Positions 26,531 to 35,816 of a stretch of 64,000 bases of DNA are shown in pieces. The stretch covers positions 224,563-288,562 of the forward strand of contig CBDBLR010000003.1 of the NCBI GenBank assembly GCA_965207115.1, in the 5' to 3' direction. Position 1 is the first letter of the stretch; each line of letters opens with the position of its first letter. Both the position numbers and the translations under genes were made by a program. The notes below the pieces were generated by a model. It was not told where the DNA came from. It searched no databases and worked only from the letters and a program-made list of their open reading frames with translations. The stretch comes from Dehalococcoidia bacterium. GTDB lineage: Bacteria > Chloroflexota > Dehalococcoidia > UBA6926.

Positions 26531-27697
26531 CTAAAAGCCAGGTATATTTGCCAATTCTCCGGCTCTTGTCTGGAATGAGTTGGCGGTGTCATCAATGCGC
26601 TGCTTGCTCTTGTAGTAGAAAAGATCGTCTTCGGTAAGCCCAGTGATGTTTAGCGCAATCTCCAGCATGTGCGGGCGAAGATGTTTGTTCAAATACATCC
26701 CAACGCCGGCACCCACCACCGTTCCTGCCGTACCAGCGACGACATTCCCTACTCCGGGAATCGCGCTGCCAACAGTGCCGCCCCCCATGCCACCTACTAT
26801 TGCAAGGACAGAGGAGGCACTCATCTTAGACATCAGCGTCAAAGTCTGGACTACCTGAATTTGGTTGCGCGTTGTTCGTTCGGCTGCCTTGAAGTCTCTC
26901 TCAGTCTTGACCACGCTGTAGATTAGACGAGCTCCGCCAACGACTGCCGCAGCGTAGGGCACCATGTCTACAATGCCATCGGGGATGTCGATTCCCATAT
27001 TGGCGCTGAGGGTATTCAGCGCATCTGTCGTTTCACCGACTAGTTCGTAGTCAGAACCGATGTCGCTTATCGTCCTTTCCCCCACGTCGATTCCTGATGC
27101 TTGAACCTTGTCGTATATTTCAGTCCCAAGCGCGTAGTGGTCAGCATAATCCTCGTGGCCCAACGGATACTTATCCATGTGCTCCTGGATTCGGCTTGCG
27201 CTATAGGATTGGCCAGTTTTTACCTGTGTCTGTGTGTAATTTCCCTCAGGGTCCGTCCCGAAGAAATCCCATCCACGTTGGCTACTACTGTTTGGAGCCG
27301 GCTCAACGCTCCCACCTGCCTGATTCTGGCTGTCAATAACGTGAATTTCCGCTAAGCCGCCTTTGAGACCGTTCATGAAAGTGTTGTCGTATGTTTCAGG
27401 ATTGTTCAGAGCATCCTGATGATGCTTCCAGACAGATCGACTCTCATTCGGGAATTTCAACTCATGAGCCAAATTGATTGTTGCTCTCTTGTAATCGTCT
27501 ATATTGACACCGTCGGTCAGCGGCGTGCCTTCAAAAAGAGGCCAAAGGCCAAAGGATGTGGCGGACGTAAACTCAGCCGCGAACATTGAGCGATCCATGC
27601 CCACGATTCCGGCAAGCGTGTCCCTAAATGTCTGTCGCTCAGGTGACACGTTGCCGGGCAGTTGCCGAAGCGCGGGGAGCAGGTCTGACGATTTCAT
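26531..27697 (-). CDS. Uncharacterised 388-aa protein: soluble N-terminal region with a PD-(D/E)xK-like motif, plus a C-terminal glycine-zipper membrane region
   Basis: GLAEIHVID...GWDFFGTDPEGNYTQTQVKTG (E117, D144, QVK158-160). Hydrophobic IVDMVPYAAAVVGGARLIYSVV, then SVLAIVGGMGGGTVGSAIPGVGNVVAGTAGTVVGAGVGMYL. GC is about 42-50% on sampled lines. Confidence 0.7.
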   Translation of the reverse strand: MKSSDLLPALRQLPGNVSPERQTFRDTLAGIVGMDRSMFAAEFTSATSFGLWPLFEGTPLTDGVNIDDYKRATINLAHELKFPNESRSVWKHHQDALNNPETYDNTFMNGLKGGLAEIHVIDSQNQAGGSVEPAPNSSSQRGWDFFGTDPEGNYTQTQVKTGQSYSASRIQEHMDKYPLGHEDYADHYALGTEIYDKVQASGIDVGERTISDIGSDYELVGETTDALNTLSANMGIDIPDGIVDMVPYAAAVVGGARLIYSVVKTERDFKAAERTTRNQIQVVQTLTLMSKMSASSVLAIVGGMGGGTVGSAIPGVGNVVAGTAGTVVGAGVGMYLNKHLRPHMLEIALNITGLTEDDLFYYKSKQRIDDTANSFQTRAGELANIPGF

Positions 27698-27719
27698 ACT
27701 TACGATTATTCTCCGCTTT

Positions 27720-28061
27720 CTAGGCGAGAATTTTTACGCCAAGTGAGACAATAGCCACTGTTACTGCTGCGCTGGCTAAACCAATGAGAATATTGCGCAT
27801 CCTGAGCCACTCTGCTCGGAGCTCATTTCTGGCGTCCCTCACGGCATCCTCAAAGCGACGGTTGTCCTCTTCTCTGGCTTCTCGCACGGCCTGGCTAACG
27901 GCCTTCGCTGCCAGTTCAGGCAGGTCGTCGTGCTCCGCGATGTGCTTAGTGAGTAACTCGTTCTGGCGGATTACCCGGGGAATCAACTCTTGGTTGATTC
28001 TGTCCTGCTCTTCCCAAAAGCGAACCTTATCCTGAATCGATTCTCGATCCGACGTGGTCAT
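27720..28061 (-). CDS. Uncharacterised 113-aa coiled-coil protein with a C-terminal transmembrane anchor
   Basis: I prefer the ATG at 28061 behind GGAGGG (the track ORF starts at 28148). A charged helical region is followed by ILIGLASAAVTVAIVSLGVKILA. There is a 22-nt gap to the downstream gene. Confidence 0.65.
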   Translation of the reverse strand: MTTSDRESIQDKVRFWEEQDRINQELIPRVIRQNELLTKHIAEHDDLPELAAKAVSQAVREAREEDNRRFEDAVRDARNELRAEWLRMRNILIGLASAAVTVAIVSLGVKILA

Positions 28062-28203
28062 TGAGTTACCCTCCACACCATTACGTAGCCGCACCACTGT
28101 AGTACGCACTCTCTGGTGCCATAATATGGGGTCTGGCCGACAAACCAATAGACGCGTCGAGTCACGAGCACGGGGAAGTAGGCCGCTCGGCGGGCCACGC
28201 GAT

Positions 28204-28230
28204 GGATTCCGGCCTGCGCTGGAATGACGG
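28204..28230 (-). repeat. Copy of the CCGTCATTC...GAATCC-type short repeat; right flank of the low-GC cassette, inverted relative to 26491-26517
   Basis: The reverse complement reads CCGTCATTCCAGCGCAGGCCGGAATCC. Confidence 0.7.
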
Positions 28231-28258
28231 CTGGTGGCGCAAGGCTACCCCAGCGCTT

Positions 28259-29716
28259 CTAATCCTTGGCTGACACTTCCGCTTCCAGATCGTCGTCGTA
28301 GTCCGGTTCGGGCATGAGGACGAATTCGGGGTATGACTCCATGCCGAGTTCGCCTGCGTCCTGGCCTAGTTCCTCAACCTGGCGCGACACCCTCGCGCTC
28401 AGCGTCATGTCCAGCGCCTTCCAGACGAGCCAGGCGATACCGAAGACCGTGACGCCGATGACGACGACGCCCAGCAGTTGGATGTGGAGCTGCGCGCCGA
28501 CGGTAATGCTCGCCGCCAGCGTTCCCCAGATGCCCGCAAAGAGGTGGGCGGGGACTGCGCCGACGACGTCATCAATCTTGATACGCTCAAGCAATCGCAG
28601 GCCAACCGTGCAAACAAGTCCTCCCACGGCGCCAATGATGATGGCCCAATAGTGGTCGACAAAGTTGGGCGCGGCGGTGATGGACACAAGACCCGCAATT
28701 GCGCCGTTCAGTACGGCGAAGAGATCCGTGCGCCCCAGGATGTACCGGGACGTAAAGAGGGCGACCAGTACACCGGATGCTGCGGAGAGGTTCGTGTTCA
28801 CCAGTACGATGCTCATCCAAATAGCATCGGTTGCGCCACCGAGGGCTAGCTGCGATCCACCGTTGAATCCCAGCCAGCCGAACCAGAGGATAAAGACCCC
28901 TAAGGTGACGGAGATGATATTGGAGGGTGGTGTGGGACGCGCGCTGCCATCGCGGCGGAACTTGCCCAGCCGTGGACCGATGACAATGAGGCCGGCCAGC
29001 GCGGCCCAACCGCCGGTGCCGTGGACGATGGTGGAGCCGGCGAAGTCGGTGAAGCCGAGATCGCTCAACCAGCCGCCGCCCCAGGTCCACGCGCCGATGA
29101 GGGGATAGATGAAGGCGGTGAGCGAGAGGGTGAAGATGAAGAAAGACCACATCTTGACTCTCTCAGCGAGCGCGCCGGAGACGATGGAGGCCGTTGTGGC
29201 GACGAAGACCATCTGGAAGAACCAGTCGGACATGCCGGCATAGGTGGAATCTTCCAGGACGCCTGCCGCCGAGGCTCCCGCTTCAGCTTCGAGAAGCGCC
29301 ACTTCTGCCGCAGACGAACTGTAGGTGAGGGTGAACGTGCCGATGAGATCGCCAACGTTGAGGCCAAGGATGTTCAGGTCTCGGCCAACATCCACGTACA
29401 TGAGGTTGTAGCCAATGATGTAGTACGCGAGTCCGGCGATCGAGTAGAGGCCGATGTTCTTCATGCAGATCATGGCGGCGTTTTTCGTCCGAACGGAACC
29501 GGCTTCCAGCATGGTGAATCCGGCGCACATCCACATCACGAGCGCGCCCCATATCAGGAAAGAGAGGGTGTTGAAGACGAATGAGGTCTCCTGTTCAACA
29601 CCTACTGCGTGCGCGACACCGGGCCGGAGAAGCATGAGTACGAGGGTCGCGATGGCGCTCGCGGCGAGGATGGTGGGGATGCGTTGATTGGTCATCAACC
29701 ACTGCATAGTTCTCAT
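28259..29716 (-). CDS. amt: Ammonium transporter (Amt family)
   Basis: FVFNTLSFLIWGALVMWMCAGFTMLEAGSVRTKN, TIVHGTGGWAALAG, and 11-12 TM segments. Confidence 0.95.
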   Translation of the reverse strand: MRTMQWLMTNQRIPTILAASAIATLVLMLLRPGVAHAVGVEQETSFVFNTLSFLIWGALVMWMCAGFTMLEAGSVRTKNAAMICMKNIGLYSIAGLAYYIIGYNLMYVDVGRDLNILGLNVGDLIGTFTLTYSSSAAEVALLEAEAGASAAGVLEDSTYAGMSDWFFQMVFVATTASIVSGALAERVKMWSFFIFTLSLTAFIYPLIGAWTWGGGWLSDLGFTDFAGSTIVHGTGGWAALAGLIVIGPRLGKFRRDGSARPTPPSNIISVTLGVFILWFGWLGFNGGSQLALGGATDAIWMSIVLVNTNLSAASGVLVALFTSRYILGRTDLFAVLNGAIAGLVSITAAPNFVDHYWAIIIGAVGGLVCTVGLRLLERIKIDDVVGAVPAHLFAGIWGTLAASITVGAQLHIQLLGVVVIGVTVFGIAWLVWKALDMTLSARVSRQVEELGQDAGELGMESYPEFVLMPEPDYDDDLEAEVSAKD

Positions 29717-29864
29717 CGCACGCTCCTTCCAGTGGGCCGGGTGAATCAGAGCTAACGGTTATTCGGACTCTAGCACTATCGCAGTAGTGGCGCACGAGTA
29801 GTTGAGACCCCGCCCCGTTTCACTTACGGGACATGCTTTCGCGGGAGAGACGAGTGAGGGTTAT

Positions 29865-30692
29865 TCAGATTGTGGCGTGGAGGGCCAGCAGGCTTTCGCC
29901 TGCTTCCGGCGGCGTTCCAGAGCCGCCGAGCGGGCATTCCGCGGCGCGGCCGGGACCGTGGTAGTCGCTGCCGCCGAGCGCGAGCAGGCCGTGTTCATCG
30001 GCGAGCGACTTAAGGCGTGCCCGTAAGTCTTCCGAATAGAGGCCGTAGTAGACCTCCATGCCTGCAAGACCTGCCTCTACCCATCCGGGGAGCAGGGACT
30101 CGACCTGCGGCGTTTCGTCCGGGTGAGCGAGGACCGGCAAACCGCCGTACTGGCGTATAAGGCGAAAGGCCTCTTCCGGGAGCATCTTGCGGCGGCCGCT
30201 GTAGGCGGGGCCGTCGTTGCTGATGTAGCTATCGAATGCCTCGCGGATGCTTGGGACGTGCCCCGCTTCCATGAGCGCCTGGGCGATATGCGGACGGCCT
30301 ATCGCGCCGTCACCCGCTATCTCCGCAACACGCTCCCATGACACGGGCACGCCAAGGTTTCCAAGGTTCTCGACCATGCGCATGGCGCGGCCAACGCGGT
30401 CGTCGCGGAATGAGGCCAGCGTTGCCTGCAGTTCTGTGTTGTCGACATCAAAGAGGTAGCCGAGGATGTGCGCCTCGCCCTCTTCTACATCCGTCGAGAT
30501 CTCGATGCCGGGGATGAGCGTCAGGCCGGGGTGTTGTGCCGCTGCCTGCTGCGCTTCGGCAAGCCCCTCCGTGGAGTCGTGATCCGTCAGCGCAAGATAC
30601 GTGACGCCCGCCGCTGCCGCCTGGTGGACAAGCTCTGCGGGCGGGAGGACGCCGTCCGAGATGGTCGAGTGGGTGTGGAGGTCGGAGCTCAT
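29865..30692 (-). CDS. PHP-domain phosphoesterase (TrpH/YciV-like)
   Basis: DLHTHSTISDG...LALTDHDS...LAHP...GGSDYHG. Confidence 0.8.
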   Translation of the reverse strand: MSSDLHTHSTISDGVLPPAELVHQAAAAGVTYLALTDHDSTEGLAEAQQAAAQHPGLTLIPGIEISTDVEEGEAHILGYLFDVDNTELQATLASFRDDRVGRAMRMVENLGNLGVPVSWERVAEIAGDGAIGRPHIAQALMEAGHVPSIREAFDSYISNDGPAYSGRRKMLPEEAFRLIRQYGGLPVLAHPDETPQVESLLPGWVEAGLAGMEVYYGLYSEDLRARLKSLADEHGLLALGGSDYHGPGRAAECPLGGSGTPPEAGESLLALHATI

Positions 30693-31462
30693 TCTGTGTC
30701 GGCGCAGTCCATGCGCCGGATGGACACGGCAAGGCCGGTTGTGTCGTCCGTTTCGATTAGGACGGAATTGAATCGGCTGGGACCGCTTCCAACGTTGAGG
30801 CGAACGGGAATCCCGGTCAGAAATCGCTCCAGCACGGGGCCCGGGTCGCTGCCGATGATTGAATCAATTGCGCCGCACATGCCAAGGTCGGTTACGAATG
30901 CCGTCCCTTTGGGCAGCACGCGGGCGTCCGCAGTGGCGACGTGGGTGTGTGTGCCGACAACGCCGCTCACGCGACCGTCCACGTGCCACGCAAGCGCGCC
31001 CTTTTCAGACGTTGCCTCCGCGTGAAAATCCACGACGATGGCACGAGGGCGCTCACTCAGCGTGTCCAGCAGCTGATCCATCGCCGTGAACGGATCATCG
31101 ATCTGGACGGGCATGAATGTGCGTCCCTGAAGGCTGATGACGAGGGCGCCATTTGCCATGGTCATACCTCGACCGGGTGCGGCCTTTGGATAGTTGAGGG
31201 GCCGCAGCACGGGAGTCTCCTCATCCATGTGCGGCATCATTTCCTTGTTGTCCCAGATATGGTTGCCGGACGAGATGACATCCACGCCGGCGTCGAGCAG
31301 CTCCTTGGCCACCTTGGGCGTGATGCCGAAGCCGGCTGCGGAGTTCTCGCCGTTGGCGACTACAAGTTCAATGTCGTGCTCATCGCGCAGACCGGGCAGG
31401 TATTTCTTGACGGCCTGCCGCCCCGGGCTGCCCATAACGTCGCCGATCATCAGGATGCGCAT
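30689..31462 (-). CDS. ymdB: YmdB-like metallophosphoesterase (2',3'-cyclic-nucleotide phosphodiesterase family)
   Basis: MRILMIGDVMGSPGR...VVANGENSAAGFGIT...SGNHIWD...DFHAEATSEK. Lies downstream of rny, as in Bacillus. Confidence 0.85.
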   Translation of the reverse strand: MRILMIGDVMGSPGRQAVKKYLPGLRDEHDIELVVANGENSAAGFGITPKVAKELLDAGVDVISSGNHIWDNKEMMPHMDEETPVLRPLNYPKAAPGRGMTMANGALVISLQGRTFMPVQIDDPFTAMDQLLDTLSERPRAIVVDFHAEATSEKGALAWHVDGRVSGVVGTHTHVATADARVLPKGTAFVTDLGMCGAIDSIIGSDPGPVLERFLTGIPVRLNVGSGPSRFNSVLIETDDTTGLAVSIRRMDCADTE

Positions 31463-31479
31463 GATGCGTCGGTCGGCCT

Positions 31480-33036
31480 CTAGCGTGCGTATTCGACGGC
31501 ACGGGTCTCGCGAATCACCATGACCTTGATCTGGCCGGGATACTCCATGGAGTCCTGGATCTTCTTGGTCATGTCGCGGGCCATGCGCATAGCGGCAACG
31601 TCATCCACGCTGTCCGGCTGGACCATCACGCGAACTTCACGCCCGGCCTGGATGGCATAGGCCTTGTCCACGCCGCCAAATCCCAGGGCGATCTGCTCAA
31701 GGGTTTCAAGCCGCTTGATGTATTGCTGGGCACTCTCTCGCCTCGCGCCGGGTCGCGCGCCGCTGATGGCGTCCGCAGCGGCCACAACAAAGGCATCCGT
31801 GCTCTTCCAACCCTCTTCACCGTGATGATCACCGACGGCGCGAACGACGCGTTGGTTGACCTTGTAGCGCTCAAGGAGGTCGGCGCCGACTGCGGCGTGA
31901 GGACCCTCAACCTCGTGGGAGAGGGCCTTTCCGATGTCATGAAGGAAACCGGCACGTCGGCAGATGTCCACATTGGTGCGAAGCTCAGAAGCGAGCGATG
32001 CGGCAAGGTGAGCCGTCTCGATGCTGTGCTGGAGAACGTTCTGGCCGTAGCTGTAGCGGAACTTCAGACGGCCAAGGGTCTTGACGAGGTCAGGGTGGAG
32101 GCCCTGGACGCGGGCGTCGTAGCAGGCTTCCTCGCCCGCTTTCTTCATGATTTCTTCCATCTCTTCTTGCGCCTTGACGACGAGCTCTTCGATGCGCGCC
32201 GGCTGGATACGCCCGTCCATGACGAGGCGTGAAACGGCCATACGTGCCACTTCACGGCGTACGGGGTCGAAGGCGGAAAGCGTCACCACTTCCGGCGTGT
32301 CATCCACAATGAGGTTGACGCCGGTGGCGTTCTCCAGGGCGCGGATGTTGCGTCCCTCGCGGCCAATGAGTCGGCCTTTCATCTCGTCGTTGGGGAGGGA
32401 GACGACGCTGGTCGTGAGTTCGGAGACGACTTCATTGGCGTAGCGCTGCATGGACTGCGCCATGATCTTGAAGGAGCGCTCTGTGGATTCCTCCAACACC
32501 GCCTCTTCCATCTCACGTACGCGGCGGGACGCCTCGATCTCGATTTCGCTCTCCAACTGACTGAGAAGCAATTCGCGTCCCTCGTCCATGGTGAGCTGAG
32601 CGACCCGTTCAAGCTCTCGCAGATGCTCTGCGTGCAGCTCATCCACCTGCGCGCGGACGGCGTCGATCTCCGTTTCCTTCTCGTTGAGTTGGCGTTCCCG
32701 CTTCTCGAAGTTGTCGAGACGGCGGTCGACCTGCTCCTCCTTGCGTTGGAGGCGCCTCTCTACGCGCTGTACTTCGCTGCGTTGCTCGCGGACTTCCTTT
32801 TCGGACTCATCGCGAACCCGGATGGCCTCCTGCTGGGCGCGGAGGAGGAGTTCCTTGCTCTCGGTCTCGCCCTCCTCCAGGCGGCGCTGAACCTCAAGGG
32901 ATGCGCCGCGGATGTTTCCAGACGTAATGATGCGCTGCAGGACGAATCCGGCCGCTGTGCCGGCCGCGCCAAGCAGGAGCACAAGAAAGACGAACAGGAC
33001 AGGATCGATGGTCATGATGATTCTCCCCGGATCCAC
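31480..33036 (-). CDS. rny: Ribonuclease Y
   Basis: N-terminal TM segment, long coiled coil, KH region (GRLIGREGRNIRALE), and HD domain (FLHDIGKA). The likely start is the ATG at 33015. Confidence 0.95.
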   Translation of the reverse strand: MDPGRIIMTIDPVLFVFLVLLLGAAGTAAGFVLQRIITSGNIRGASLEVQRRLEEGETESKELLLRAQQEAIRVRDESEKEVREQRSEVQRVERRLQRKEEQVDRRLDNFEKRERQLNEKETEIDAVRAQVDELHAEHLRELERVAQLTMDEGRELLLSQLESEIEIEASRRVREMEEAVLEESTERSFKIMAQSMQRYANEVVSELTTSVVSLPNDEMKGRLIGREGRNIRALENATGVNLIVDDTPEVVTLSAFDPVRREVARMAVSRLVMDGRIQPARIEELVVKAQEEMEEIMKKAGEEACYDARVQGLHPDLVKTLGRLKFRYSYGQNVLQHSIETAHLAASLASELRTNVDICRRAGFLHDIGKALSHEVEGPHAAVGADLLERYKVNQRVVRAVGDHHGEEGWKSTDAFVVAAADAISGARPGARRESAQQYIKRLETLEQIALGFGGVDKAYAIQAGREVRVMVQPDSVDDVAAMRMARDMTKKIQDSMEYPGQIKVMVIRETRAVEYAR

Positions 33037-33130
33037 GGCGGTGTGATATCCGCCCGTTGTGGTGTTTTGGCGTGAACGAATGACGGCGCCGAGCGGCGCC
33101 GCGATTCCATGCAGTAGCTATCGATAGACA

Positions 33131-33163
33131 AAGAAAAAGGGGCGCGGTTATCCCGCAGCCCCT
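33131..33163 (-). terminator. Rho-independent terminator downstream of recA
   Basis: The minus-strand RNA reads GGGGCUGCGGGAUAACCGCGCCCC followed by UUUUUCUUUG. Confidence 0.75.
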
Positions 33164-33192
33164 TGTGTCCAGATTTAAGTTCGAATATAGAG

Positions 33193-34284
33193 TCAGGTGA
33201 CTTCCTCCGTATCGTCATCGACGGATGCCGGTGTGGAGCCGTTGGCTTTGCCGTTTTGGGAAGCTTCGCCGTTGCGAATGTCCTGTTCAAGGGCGTTGGC
33301 GAGTTCCGTATTAGATTGGAGGAAGGCCTTGGCGTTCTCACGACCTTGTCCGAGACGGACATCTCCGTACGAATAAAAGGCTCCCGTCTTCTTGAGGAAA
33401 CCGCCTTGCGCGCCGAGATCGATGAGATCGGCCTCGCGGCTGATGCCATGTCCAAACATGATGTCAAACTCGGCGACGCGGAAGGGCGGGGCCATCTTGT
33501 TCTTGACCACACGCGCGCGCAGGTGCAGACCCACGCTCTCCGTCCCTTGCTTGATGGTTTCCATGCGTCTCAAATCAATTCGAACCGACGAATAGAACTT
33601 CAACGCGCGTCCGCCGGGGGTGACTTCGGGGCTGCCGAAAAGGACACCGACCTTCTCACGGATCTGGTTGATAAAGATGACCGCCGTCTTCGAACGATGT
33701 GTGGTTCCTGTCAGTTTCCGCAGGGCCTGGGACATCAGGCGGGCTTGCAGGCCCACGTGCATATCTCCCATGTTCCCTTCAATCTCGGCCTTCGGCACCA
33801 GCGCGGCCACGCTGTCAATGACGATGGCATCCACTGCGGCGCTCCTCACCAACGCCTCCGTGATGTCCAACGCCTGTTCTGCGTTGTCCGGCTGGGAGAT
33901 CAGCAGATCATCGATGCTGATGCCGCAGGCGGCGGCATACGTGGGGTCCATAGCGTGCTCGGCGTCGATATACGCCACCGTGCCGCCCTGTTTCTGCCCA
34001 CTCGCAATAACGTGCTGTGCCAGCGTGGACTTGCCGGATGATTCCGCGCCGTAGATCTCTGTGATGCGTCCGCGCGGAATGCCGCCAATGCCAAGCGCGA
34101 GGTCAAGTGAGAGAGAACCGGTGGGAATGACATCCACGTCAAAGCGTCCGGCGGCGTCGCCGAATCGCATGAGGGAACCCTTGCCGAAGCTGCGCTCGAT
34201 AAGCGTCAGCGCCTGCTCGAGCGCCTTTTCCTTCTCCGTCACCATCGTGTCCGCGCTTTCTCGGGCTTTGATTGCCGTTGCCAT
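33193..34284 (-). CDS. recA: Recombinase A
   Basis: [23 protein letters not shown], Walker [10 protein letters not shown], and [28 protein letters not shown]. Confidence 0.98.
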   Translation of the reverse strand: MATAIKARESADTMVTEKEKALEQALTLIERSFGKGSLMRFGDAAGRFDVDVIPTGSLSLDLALGIGGIPRGRITEIYGAESSGKSTLAQHVIASGQKQGGTVAYIDAEHAMDPTYAAACGISIDDLLISQPDNAEQALDITEALVRSAAVDAIVIDSVAALVPKAEIEGNMGDMHVGLQARLMSQALRKLTGTTHRSKTAVIFINQIREKVGVLFGSPEVTPGGRALKFYSSVRIDLRRMETIKQGTESVGLHLRARVVKNKMAPPFRVAEFDIMFGHGISREADLIDLGAQGGFLKKTGAFYSYGDVRLGQGRENAKAFLQSNTELANALEQDIRNGEASQNGKANGSTPASVDDDTEEVT

Positions 34285-34328
34285 AATACCATTCCTCCCG
34301 CTTGTATCTCAATCTGGCCGGGGCCGAG

Positions 34329-34357
34329 CGAACGCGCGTTCCACGAACGCTTGTACG
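34329..34357. promoter_or_regulatory. Two adjacent LexA (Cheo-type) SOS boxes upstream of recA
   Basis: CGAACGCGCGTTCC (34329-34342) fits CGAACRNRYGTTYC at every position. A weaker CGAACGCTTGTACG lies at 34344-34357. Both sit 45-73 nt upstream of the recA ATG. Confidence 0.7.
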
Positions 34358-34443
34358 TATCCTAACACATCAACGGCGGAATGATACCCTTGTTCTTGGA
34401 CAATTCACCGGTTTGAATCACGGGGGTCAGGAGGGACTCATTC

Positions 34444-35340
34444 ATGAGTGACTACGAAAACGTATTGTATGAGCGGCAGGGCAAGGGCGTTGTTATTACG
34501 CTGAATCGCCCCGCCCAGATGAACGCATTCAACCTTGGACTGCGGACGGATGTCCACGCGGCGTTCGATGAGGCCGAGCAGGATCCGGATGTCCGATACA
34601 TCATCCTGACGGGCGCGGGTCGGGCATTCAGCGCGGGCGCGGACCTGGCACTGGGCGCCGGCGGCGGCAACTCGGACACCGTCTGGCCGTACGGCCTACA
34701 AGAAGGGCAGTCCGTCGCGTCGTTCCTGGACCAGTGGCGAACACAGGACAGGACGGGCATCCGCCGTCTCATGCACATGTGGGAACTCACCACGCCGATC
34801 ATCGGCGCGATCAACGGCTGGGCGCTCGCATGGGGCTCTTGGTATGCGCTGACAACGCATATCACCGTCGCGTCCGAGAATGCGGTGTTTGGTCAGCCGG
34901 AGATTCGCCACATCTCAAATACAAACTTCATCTGGACACTGCTGGCGGGCTATAAGCACGCGCTGCGCTACGGCCTGACGGGCGACCACATCGACGCGCA
35001 GGAGGCTTTGCGCATCGGTCTCGTGAACAAGGTTGTGCCGCACGAGGACCTGATGGAGGAGTGCACCTACATCGGCGAGCGAATCGCGCTGGTCAGCCCG
35101 GAGACGGTGAAGATCAATCTTGCCGTTGCGACGCAGGGCCTGAACATGATGGGATTCCACAACGCGTGGAACCTGAACGCGGAGCTGTCCGCTCTGGCGC
35201 ACACGTCTCAGCGCGAGGACTTTAAGCGCAAGATGGAGGACGCCGGTAAAGAGGGCGGCCTGCGGGCGTATCTGCAGGAGCGGGACGGCCCCTTCCAGCC
35301 GGAGCCCTTCGGGCCGAGGTCGGCAGCGGCGAGAGACTAA
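34444..35340 (+). CDS. Enoyl-CoA hydratase/isomerase (crotonase) family protein
   Basis: ITLNRPAQMNAF...ILTGAGRAFSAGADL...INGWALAWG. Confidence 0.9.
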   Translation: MSDYENVLYERQGKGVVITLNRPAQMNAFNLGLRTDVHAAFDEAEQDPDVRYIILTGAGRAFSAGADLALGAGGGNSDTVWPYGLQEGQSVASFLDQWRTQDRTGIRRLMHMWELTTPIIGAINGWALAWGSWYALTTHITVASENAVFGQPEIRHISNTNFIWTLLAGYKHALRYGLTGDHIDAQEALRIGLVNKVVPHEDLMEECTYIGERIALVSPETVKINLAVATQGLNMMGFHNAWNLNAELSALAHTSQREDFKRKMEDAGKEGGLRAYLQERDGPFQPEPFGPRSAAARD

Positions 35341-35367
35341 GTCTTCTTCGCTCGCAAAGAAAGCGAA

Positions 35368-35408
35368 GCGCCCCCTCCACTCTTGAGCGGAGGGGGCGCA
35401 CTTGTTTA
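35368..35408. terminator. Stem-loop between convergent genes; likely a bidirectional terminator
   Basis: GCGCCCCCTCC / GGAGGGGGCGC 11-bp stem followed by ACTTGTTTAT. Confidence 0.6.
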
Positions 35409-35417
35409 TGCGAGGGC

Positions 35418-35816
35418 TTATTCTCGGGCGTCCAGTGTTTGGAGGTTGGCGCTCCATTGCAGAATCTGCTCATCGGCTGTTACGAGTTGATGTCCTGCGA
35501 GAGCAGTCGAGACGATGATGCGGTCGGCGGGGTCGCCCGGTAGTCCGGCAAGGGCTCCGGCGCGGGCGGCAATTTCGCCGTTGACGGGAATCTCCGTCAA
35601 TCCGGACTGCAGGAGAGAAGCTCTCCAGGTTGGAACGTCAATCATCATTGCCAGGCGTCCCCTGTCATGGAGCATGGCAATCTCCCAGAAAGTGATTGCG
35701 GAGACACAAACATCGCGTTGTAGCAGCGCTGTCCCGATGATGTCGCGTGCTCGCCTTCCCAGTTTGCTGTCACCTGTGCGATTCCAAATCAGGACATGGG
35801 AATCAAGGAGGAGCAT
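35418..35816 (-). CDS. vapC: PIN-domain toxin (VapC-type)
   Basis: MLLLDSHVLIW...FWEIAML...DPADRIIVSTAL. I prefer the start at 35816, which overlaps the antitoxin stop, over the track start at 35912. Confidence 0.8.
   Translation of the reverse strand: MLLLDSHVLIWNRTGDSKLGRRARDIIGTALLQRDVCVSAITFWEIAMLHDRGRLAMMIDVPTWRASLLQSGLTEIPVNGEIAARAGALAGLPGDPADRIIVSTALAGHQLVTADEQILQWSANLQTLDARE

Noticed and set aside
29717-29864. GlnR-type site upstream of amt (GTAAGTGAAAC).
   Set aside because: The spacing between half-sites is 1 nt rather than 6, so it does not match the repeat found upstream of glnA.
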